This document shows, one piece after another, positions 56,245 through 64,000 of a DNA stretch of 64,000 bases. This stretch comes from the human T2T-CHM13v2.0 reference genome, Homo sapiens: the NCBI RefSeq assembly GCF_009914755.1, contig NC_060946.1, one strand, 5' to 3'. Within the stretch, counting starts at the first letter, position 1, and each line of letters begins with the position of its first letter. The notes below the pieces were generated by a model. That model was not told the DNA's origin. It saw only the letters and a program-made list of their open reading frames with translations, and did no database searches. The position numbers and the translations under genes are program-made.

Positions 56245-59200
56245 TTACAGAGGCCCTCTTCTGCTGGCAAGAGTGTGACAGTAGCAAGTAGATGGACAGG
56301 CCTGCGTGTGAGGACGGAATGCAGGAGGGGTTCTTGTGCGCCTGGGTGTGGGGCCCTCACGGGAACCGTGGAGAAATGGCCAGGTAACTGCGTCATGTGG
56401 GCTAGTAGATTGGCCAGGGCTTCGAACTGAAGGACGATAACGGGGAGTAGCTGTCAGGCCCTGGGAGTGCCTGAGTGTAAGTGGAGATGGGTTTGGGGTC
56501 ACTGAGGGATGCGTGGGAGCCATCCCTGTATAGGTACAGGTCATAGGGAGATAGTCTCGTGAGGCCTGTGAGTGTCTAGGGTTGTCCTGGGTGCCTGGGG
56601 CTGACTGTGGCAGAAATCTGGGGAAGGCTGGAGAGAAGCTGGGAGACCCAGGAGAGTCCCTGAAGGCAGGGGGTGAAGAGGTGAAAGAAATGGGGGAGGG
56701 TTGCAGTAAGGTCCGTGAGTTTGTAGGTGATTCCTGGGTGCGGGAAGCTGACTCCAGGTGAAATCTGGAGATGGTTGGAGAGTAGCTGAGAGAGACAGAA
56801 GAGTCCCTGAGGGCTGGGGGTGAGAACATGAGGGAGACGGGGGAGTAAGTCAGTGAAATTCGTGAGTTCGGTGGTGTATCGTGGGTGCCTGGAACTGACT
56901 CCAGCTGGAATCTAGAGAAGTTTTGAGAGTAGCTGAAGGAGACACAAGAGTCCCTGTGGGCTGAGGGCAAAGACCTGAGACAGACCAGGGAGGACCTCAG
57001 TGAAGTCTGTGAGTCTGTAGGTGATTCCGGAGTGTGGGAGGCTGACTCCCGCTGAAATCTGGGCGTGGTGGGAGAGTAGCTGGGACAGACAGGAGAGTCC
57101 CAGGGGGCTGGGGGTGACGACGTGAGAGAGACTGGGGAGTAACTCAGTGAAATTGCTGAGTTGGTTGGTGATACCTGGGTGCCTGGAACTGACCCCCGCT
57201 GAAATCTGGGCATGGTTGGAGAGTAGCTGGGACACACAGGAGAGTCCCTGAGGGCTGGGGGTGAAGACATGAGCGAGACCGGGGAGTAACTGAGTGAAAC
57301 TGGTGAGTTTGGTGGTGACTCCGGGGTGCCTGGAACTGACTCCAGCTGAAATGTGGGCGTGGTTGGAGAGTAGCTGGGACAGACAGGAGAGTCCCTGAGG
57401 ACTGGTGAAGACATGAGAGAAACTGGAGAGTAATTGAGTGAAATTGGTGAGTTTGGTGGTGATTCCTGGGTGCCTGGAACTGACTCCCGCTGAAGTGTGG
57501 GCGTGGTTGGAGAGTAGCTGGGACACACAGGAGAGTCCCTGAGGGTTGGAGATAAAGACGTGCTAGAGACTGAGGAGTAACTGAGTGAAATTGGTGAGTT
57601 TGGTGGTGATTCCGGGGTGCCTGGAACGGACTCCAGCTGAAATGTGGGCGTGGTTGGAGAGTAGCTGGGACAGACGGGAGAGTCCCTGAGGGATGGTGAA
57701 GACATGAGAGAGACTGGGGAGTAACGCAGTGAAATTGGTGAGTTTGGTGGTGATTTCTGGGTGCCTGCAACGGACTCCCGCTGAAGTGTGGGCGTGCTTG
57801 GAGAGTAGCTGGGACAGACAGGCGAGTCCCTGAGGGTTGGAGATAAAGACGTGCTAGAGACTGAGGAGTAACTGAGTGAAATTGGTGAGTTTGGTGGTGA
57901 TTCCGGGGTGCCTGGAACGGACTCCAGCTGAAATGTGGGCGTGGTTGGAGAGTAGCTGGGACAGACGGGAGAGTCCCTGAGGGATGGTGAAGACATGAGA
58001 GAGACTGGGGAGTAACGCAGTGAAATTGGTGAGTTTGGTGGTGATTTCTGGGTGCCTGCAACGGACTCCCGCTGAAGTGTGGGCGTGCTTGGAGAGTAGC
58101 TGGGACAGACAGGCGAGTCCCTGAGGGTTGGAGATAAAGACGTGCTGGAGACTGGGGAGTAACTCAGTGAAAGTGGTGGGCTTGGTGGTGATCCCAGGGT
58201 TCCTGGAACTGACCCGCGCTGAAATGTGGGCGTGGTTGGAGAGTAGCTGGGACAGACTGGAGGGTCCGTAAGGGCTGGGGGTGAAGACGTGAGAGAGACT
58301 GGCGAGGATCTCACTGAGGTCTGTGAGTTTGTAGGTGTTTCTGGGGTGTGGGGTACAGACTCCCGCTGAAATCTGGGCGTAGTTGGAGAGTAGCTGGGAC
58401 AGACAGGAGAGTCATGGGTGGCTGGGGGTGAGCTGCTGGATGATGGCAGTAAGAACATATGGTACATTATTGATGAATGAGGTGACTGTGAAGAATCTCC
58501 AGAGGAGGACACGGGAGAACACAATGACATGAGTGACTGTCCTGCTTGGTTAGGAAAGGGAAACGTAAAGTTGTGGAATTCTGTTGATGATGGATGTGAG
58601 AGTGGTGAAGCCCTGCGGGATGATGTAGAGGACTTCCACATCCCTGGTGAGGAGCTGCCCCTTGGGTCTGAGTTTCTGGGAGGGGAGAGGGAGAAGCTGG
58701 GTGAGGCAGGCATGAATCTTGAGGAGTCAGGGCTGGGGGACCGCTCATATTCTCCCGAGACCTGTGAGTCTCTGGGGGACTCCTGGGTGCATGGGGCTGA
58801 CTCCCGCAGGAACCTGGGGATGGCTGGAGAGTAACTGGGAGCCACAGGAGGGTCCCTGAGGCCTGGGGGTGAAGAGATGCAAGACACAGGGGTGGAGCAG
58901 CGTGAGGCTCGTGAGTTTGTAGGTGATTCCTGGGTGTGGGGGGCTGACTCCAGCTGAAATCTGGGGTTGTTTGGAGAGTAGCTGGGAGACACAGGAGAAC
59001 CCCCGAGAGCTGGGGGTGAGCTGCTGGGTGATGGCAGTAAGAACATGTGGTATATTATTGATGAACGTGGGGACTCTGAGGAGTCCTCAGAGGAGGACAC
59101 GGCAGAGCCCAATGGCTTCATTGATTGCCCATCACGGTGAGGACAGGGAAATGGGAGCTTGTGGGATTCTGGTGATGACAGAGGTGAGTGTGGTGAAGCC

Positions 59201-59379
59201 CTAGGGGATGGTGAATGGTAGTTCCGGATCCCTGGTGAGGAGCTTCCCCTTAAGCCGGAGTTTCTGAGAGGGGAGAGGGAGAAGCTGGGTGAGGCTCGCA
59301 TGGACCTTGGGGTGTCCGTGCTGGGGGACCGTTCATAAGAAGAGCCAGACAAGACCCTACTGTTCTTAGGTGCAGACAT
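56245..59379 (-). CDS. Same protein, 1044-aa allele (copy 9), carrying neither 1-bp deletion
   Basis: ORF track; G5 plus C3 (56254-56256). Confidence 0.68.
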   Translation of the reverse strand: MSAPKNSRVLSGSSYERSPSTDTPRSMRASPSFSLSPLRNSGLRGSSSPGIRNYHSPSPRASPHSPLSSPESHKLPFPCPHRDGQSMKPLGSAVSSSEDSSESPRSSIIYHMFLLPSPSSSPPALGGSPVSPSYSPNNPRFQLESAPHTQESPTNSRASRCSTPVSCISSPPGLRDPPVAPSYSPAIPRFLRESAPCTQESPRDSQVSGEYERSPSPDSSRFMPASPSFSLSPPRNSDPRGSSSPGMWKSSTSSRRASPLSHPSSTEFHNFTFPFPNQAGQSLMSLCSPVSSSGDSSQSPHSSIMYHMFLLPSSSSSPPATHDSPVCPSYSPTTPRFQRESVPHTPETPTNSQTSVRSSPVSLTSSPPALTDPPVCPSYSPTTPTFQRGSVPGTLGSPPSPPLSLSYSPVSSTSLSPTLRDSPVCPSYSPSTPTLQRESVAGTQKSPPNSPISLRYSPVSLMSSPSLRDSPVCPSYSPTTPTFQLESVPGTPESPPNSPISLSYSSVSSTSLSPTLRDSPVCPSYSPSTPTLQRESVAGTQKSPPNSPISLRYSPVSLMSSPSLRDSPVCPSYSPTTPTFQLESVPGTPESPPNSPISLSYSSVSSTSLSPTLRDSPVCPSYSPTTPTLQRESVPGTQESPPNSPISLNYSPVSLMSSPVLRDSPVCPSYSPTTPTFQLESVPGTPESPPNSPVSLSYSPVSLMSSPPALRDSPVCPSYSPTMPRFQRGSVPGTQVSPTNSAISLSYSPVSLTSSPPAPWDSPVCPSYSPTTPRFQRESASHTPESPTDSQTSLRSSLVCLRSLPSAHRDSCVSFSYSQNFSRFQLESVPGTHDTPPNSRISLTYSPVSLMFSPPALRDSSVSLSYSPTISRFHLESASRTQESPTNSRTLLQPSPISFTSSPPAFRDSPGSPSFSPAFPRFLPQSAPGTQDNPRHSQASRDYLPMTCTYTGMAPTHPSVTPNPSPLTLRHSQGLTATPRYRPSVRSPGQSTSPHDAVTWPFLHGSREGPTPRRTRTPPAFRPHTQACPSTCYCHTLASRRGPL

Positions 59380-62300
59380 GATTAGGAAACCTGCAGCTCC
59401 CAGGGGCCCCCACTAATGTTCTAACTCGCAGAAGGAAGGAGTGTGTGTGCGTGTGTGCGTGTGCGTGTGTGTGTGTGTGTGTTTGTGTGTGTGCGGTGTG
59501 AGGTATGGGCCCCTTAAGGAAATGGAAATCAACCAACCAATGGGACAGACAGACAGACAGACAGACAGAGATTCACTTGCCCAAGTGTTCTGTCCTGTCC
59601 TCTGAATCCGCTTTCAAGTCGCAAGACGCTGTGAGCTCCAAGTCCACGCAGAGTCCGCCAAACGCTCCGGCCGCTGATCCGCTCCGCGAAGATCTGAGTA
59701 CAGGCCAGCCAGGGTGGGTTTACATAGCCTCGGGCGCAGCCTAGCAGCGGAAAGGGCGGAGCTTCACTCCTCCTTTCCATCAGTCACCCCCAACTTTCCC
59801 AGGCTACACCTCGTAGGAAACTGTTCTCCTGCTTTGATTTCATGCGCCACCTTTGGGACAATCTAAGAACTTACAGGTTTTCTTGGCCAGATTTATTAGG
59901 AATTGTATGCACTGAAACACTGAAAACCAACTAGTGGTTCTGTGCTTCCCACGTTGTGGTTTTGACACCAGCAGCATCCTTGCCACAATCAAACCCCGGA
60001 GATCCGCAGATCTGTGTTGTAACAAGACCTCCCCCTGACCCTGATGCATGGCAGTTGAAGAAGTCTTTCCGTGTAAGCGAAAAGACTTTGAAGAAAAGGT
60101 GGAGATATGCGTAGTATAAACATTCTTTGGCTCTGGAACCACGTAGAGACTTGGGAGACAGTTGCGTGGAGCATTCGTTGGATGAGGGTTCTCGGGTTTG
60201 GAATATCAAGGTGTTTCTCCAGATAATCCAATCATCTAATTAAGATTCCAGTTATGCTCATCTGTTTTAAAATTCCGTTTGGGTAAATTCTTTTAGTCAG
60301 ACTGAGAATGGCAAAGCCTCAACCCCAATTTCCAGGGAGGGTGGAGAGCCTCAGGTGGAGTTGATCACCAATAGCCTATGGTTTAACCCATCATGCCTAT
60401 AGAATGAGGTCTCCATCAAAACCCAAAAGGACTGGGTTCAGAGAGCTTCTGGATAACACTTCCTGGAAGGTAGTGCACCCCTCCCCGCATGCCGGGCCCC
60501 ACATTTATTTCTGAACTTTGTGCAATGTCCGCTAAAATACAACGGCAAATGTAAGTGTTTCCCTGCGTGCTGTGAGCTCTTCCAGCAAATGAATGCAACT
60601 AAATCTGGGAGTGGTGGCAACCTGATTTATAGCCAGTTGCTGAGAAGCACAGGTAAAACAACGTAGGGCTTCCCATTGTTATTGGTGTGGGAGGCCTGTC
60701 TGGCGGGACTCGGCCCTTTGGAATCTAATGCTATGTCCCGGTAGGTAGCGTCACCATTGAATTAGAAGACACACATATGTGGAGAATAATCTTTCTGGTC
60801 ATTTACTGCATGTCATATTTACAATATGTAATCAAATTCTTTATCCTGACCTTATGGCACCTGGGTTTAGGACCATGATTTGAACCAAACGTTGGTCTGT
60901 CACTTTCTGAGTTTGAAACTTTATTTTGCCTTTAGCGTTTTGCTATTGCTTTTTCGTTTTCTTTTGTTTCGTTTCGTTTCTAAGTTCTGGGGTATATGTG
61001 CAGGATGTGCAGATTTGTTACTAAGGTAAACGTGTGCCATGGTGGTTTGCTGCACCTGTCAACCCGTCACCTAGGTATTAAGCCCAGCATGCAGTAGCTG
61101 TTTTTCTTAACGCTCTGCCTCCCGAAAGGCCCCAGTGTGTGTTGTTCCCCTTCCTGTGTCCATGGGATCTCACTTTTCAGCTCCCATTATAAGTGAGAAG
61201 GTGGCGTTTGGTTTTCTTTCCCTGGATTAGTTTGCTGACGATAATGACCACACATCACCACTGTTTTTGTTTTTTAGTATAAAGAGTAGTATTTTATTGA
61301 ATAAGATTTGCTCACAGAAAAATAAGCTTAAATCTACAATGAATGCCAGACCCTACAGCAGAAAGCAATTTTCTCACTTTTCCACACACAATGGTTCCTA
61401 CTAAGTGAAAAAAAAGCCATAAAATTTCATTCACAAATGTACTACTCTGTCTCAAAACATCTCACGTAATCATGCACTGTACTAAAGCCATCAGATCAGT
61501 TCTTCAGTCAGGTTAAAGAAGTATCCCTCTAATAACTGACTTTTATAATGCTATCAATATCCACTCCCAATCAGTCTGCCATTGTTAATGGTGTACAGCA
61601 TTACTGAATACAACGGAATTGATGACGCCCATATCCACAGACAAACCGTGACTTATGATGGTTTGACTTATGATTTTTCAACGTTATGATGGGTTTATTG
61701 GAATATTAGATTCGTTTCTGAGTTACACTGGGTTTATGAGTATGCGACCCTACACTCCAGAAACAGCTGTATAAGGAAAAACAGGAGTACCTAATAAAAA
61801 TATGCTTAGTGACTTGGGATAAACCAATAGATGTTCACAAGTGATGGAGAGTCGTGAAAGAGAGATAGCGGTAAATAGTTACAATAACACAATTTTCCTG
61901 CACCTGTCGAGGATTTCCCCCAAAAAACGCAGAATGTGGGATGCACCTAAGGCATATGAAAGAGAGAGGGCAGAAGGAGTAAGAGAGAAATAGGAGGAAG
62001 GAAGGAAGGAAGCAAGCAAGGAAGAAAGGAAGGAAGGAAAGAAGGAAGGAAGGACGGAAGGAAGGAAGGAAGGAAGGAAGGAAGGAAGGAAGGAAGGAAG
62101 GAAAGAAGGATGAAAGGAAGGAGAAAACACCGGTGTTACTAAAACCCCCCAAAAAATGGTTTCCCCCTGTGGGTAAGCCTACAATGTGGATGAATCTTGA
62201 AAATATTGTTCTACGTGTTATGTCAGTCATAGCAGCTCACCTATTGTGCAATTCCGTTTATAGGAAATGTCCACAATATGGAAATCTATGCATATGGGAT

Positions 62301-62858
62301 TGATCGCACTAGGTAGTTGCTACCTAGGTCTGAGGGTCAGGGAGAGGGTTTGAGACAGAATGAGGAGTGACTAATGTCTACAGGGTCTTTCTCTGGTCGG
62401 GGGTGATAAGACGTTTTACAATGGATTGCGAATTAAAATTGAATGTGCACAACCACAGGTATACTAAAAGCCACTCAATTCATGACCTTTAATGGGGGAA
62501 TCTTACGTGGCGTAGTCTCATGGAGACCACGGCAGACATAGTGAGAGAGAAAAAGGTGAGTAAATATCTGAAACGGAGGCAGAAACAGAGAGAATGAAAA
62601 GCCCTGTGAATGGAAGGGAGAGCGAAAAGGGAAAATGGTCCTATTTACAAATGACAGATGTGAAACTGGGGTTCACATCAACAGTGTCACTGCCAGGAAG
62701 GAGGGTCATGCTAGCCATGTCACCGGTAGTGTGGCCCGCAGGGACGCTGACCTGCTGGAGCGTCGTGCCAGCATGGGCTGTGGCAACCACGTGGGCCAGC
62801 AGGAGGTTCCCGCTGCACAGCTGTGGGGTGAGGATAGACTGGGTGGTGATATCGGCCA

Positions 62859-64000
62859 TTACAGAGGCCCTCTTCTGCTGGCAAGAGTGTGACAGTAGCA
62901 AGTAGATGGACAGGCCTGCGTGTGAGGACGGAATGCAGGAGGGGTTCTTGTGCGCCTGGGTGTGGGGCCCTCACGGGAACCGTGGAGAAATGGCCAGGTA
63001 ACTGCGTCATGTGGGCTAGTAGATTGGCCAGGGCTTCGAACTGAAGGACGATAACGGGGAGTAGCTGTCAGGCCCTGGGAGTGCCTGAGTGTAAGTGGAG
63101 ATGGGTTTGGGGTCACTGAGGGATGCGTGGGAGCCATCCCTGTATAGGTACAGGTCATAGGGAGATAGTCTCGTGAGGCCTGTGAGTGTCTAGGGTTGTC
63201 CTGGGTGCCTGGGGCTGACTGTGGCAGAAATCTGGGGAAGGCTGGAGAGAAGCTGGGAGACCCAGGAGAGTCCCTGAAGGCAGGGGGTGAAGAGGTGAAA
63301 GAAATGGGGGAGGGTTGCAGTAAGGTCCGTGAGTTTGTAGGTGATTCCTGGGTGCGGGAAGCTGACTCCAGGTGAAATCTGGAGATGGTTGGAGAGTAGC
63401 TGAGAGAGACAGAAGAGTCCCTGAGGGCTGGGGGTGAGAACATGAGGGAGACGGGGGAGTAAGTCAGTGAAATTCGTGAGTTCGGTGGTGTATCGTGGGT
63501 GCCTGGAACTGACTCCAGCTGGAATCTAGAGAAGTTTTGAGAGTAGCTGAAGGAGACACAAGAGTCCCTGTGGGCTGAGGGCAAAGACCTGAGACAGACC
63601 AGGGAGGACCTCAGTGAAGTCTGTGAGTCTGTAGGTGATTCCGGAGTGTGGGAGGCTGACTCCCGCTGAAATCTGGGCGTGGTGGGAGAGTAGCTGGGAC
63701 AGACAGGAGAGTCCCAGGGGGCTGGGGGTGACGACGTGAGAGAGACTGGGGAGTAACTCAGTGAAATTGCTGAGTTGGTTGGTGATACCTGGGTGCCTGG
63801 AACTGACCCCCGCTGAAATCTGGGCATGGTTGGAGAGTAGCTGGGACACACAGGAGAGTCCCTGAGGGCTGGGGGTGAAGACATGAGCGAGACCGGGGAG
63901 TAACTGAGTGAAACTGGTGAGTTTGGTGGTGACTCCGGGGTGCCTGGAACTGACTCCAGCTGAAATGTGGGCGTGGTTGGAGAGTAGCTGGGACAGACAG
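62859..64000 (-). CDS. Same protein, 3' part of copy 10 (1044-aa-type C-terminus); the 5' part lies beyond the window end
   Basis: The 341-aa ORF 62859..63884 matches the C-terminal part of copy 9, and the repeats continue to the window edge. Confidence 0.6.
   Translation of the reverse strand, partial: VCPSYSPTTPTFQLESVPGTPESPPNSPVSLSYSPVSLMSSPPALRDSPVCPSYSPTMPRFQRGSVPGTQVSPTNSAISLSYSPVSLTSSPPAPWDSPVCPSYSPTTPRFQRESASHTPESPTDSQTSLRSSLVCLRSLPSAHRDSCVSFSYSQNFSRFQLESVPGTHDTPPNSRISLTYSPVSLMFSPPALRDSSVSLSYSPTISRFHLESASRTQESPTNSRTLLQPSPISFTSSPPAFRDSPGSPSFSPAFPRFLPQSAPGTQDNPRHSQASRDYLPMTCTYTGMAPTHPSVTPNPSPLTLRHSQGLTATPRYRPSVRSPGQSTSPHDAVTWPFLHGSREGPTPRRTRTPPAFRPHTQACPSTCYCHTLASRRGPL

Larger units (their letters stand above)
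1..64000. repeat. Macrosatellite / tandem gene array, ~6.6-kb unit, 9 complete + 1 partial copies, head-to-tail
   Basis: The string gggccccttaaggaaatgg recurs at 1, 6602, 13211, 19810, 26479, 33084, 39689, 46296, 52889 and 59507. Unit lengths are 6601, 6609, 6599, 6669, 6605, 6605, 6607, 6593 and 6618 bp. The ORF track repeats with the same period. Confidence 0.99.

Noticed and set aside
1-64000. Identification as a known macrosatellite (PRR20/FLJ40296, whose unit I recall as ~6.6 kb; D4Z4; RS447/USP17; FAM90A)
   Set aside because: No ORF resembles PRR20, a DUX homeodomain, USP17 or FAM90A as I recall them. Unit size alone is not evidence, and a BLAST search is needed.
1-64000. Array as a pure assembly artefact
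   Set aside because: Units carry distinct, block-structured SNPs and microsatellite lengths. Exact copy number still needs read-level validation.

Overview
Eukaryotic, primate-type DNA (L1PA, L1M, MER21 and MER47-like remnants). The whole window is a head-to-tail macrosatellite of about 6.6-kb units: nine complete and one partial, starting at 1, 6602, 13211, 19810, 26479, 33084, 39689, 46296, 52889 and 59507, and nearly identical to each other. Each unit carries one long minus-strand ORF (945, 1044 or 1090 aa, depending on two 1-bp indels). It encodes a Ser/Pro/Thr-rich, probably disordered protein built from 48/49-aa repeats, each containing an RNA polymerase II CTD-like motif (PS-YSPTTPT versus PS-YSPTSPS). 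Upstream of each ORF is a well-spaced core promoter (GC box, TATTTAAA at -31, consensus Inr). About 530 bp further upstream is a DUX4-consensus site, TAATCCAATCA, intact in 7 of 10 units. The best candidate for a new system is therefore an amplified, possibly DUX4/ZGA-inducible gene array encoding a CTD-like protein with several frameshift alleles. I do not recognise the gene, and expression and function are inferred, not shown. Repeat-element coordinates are given for one unit and recur in every unit.
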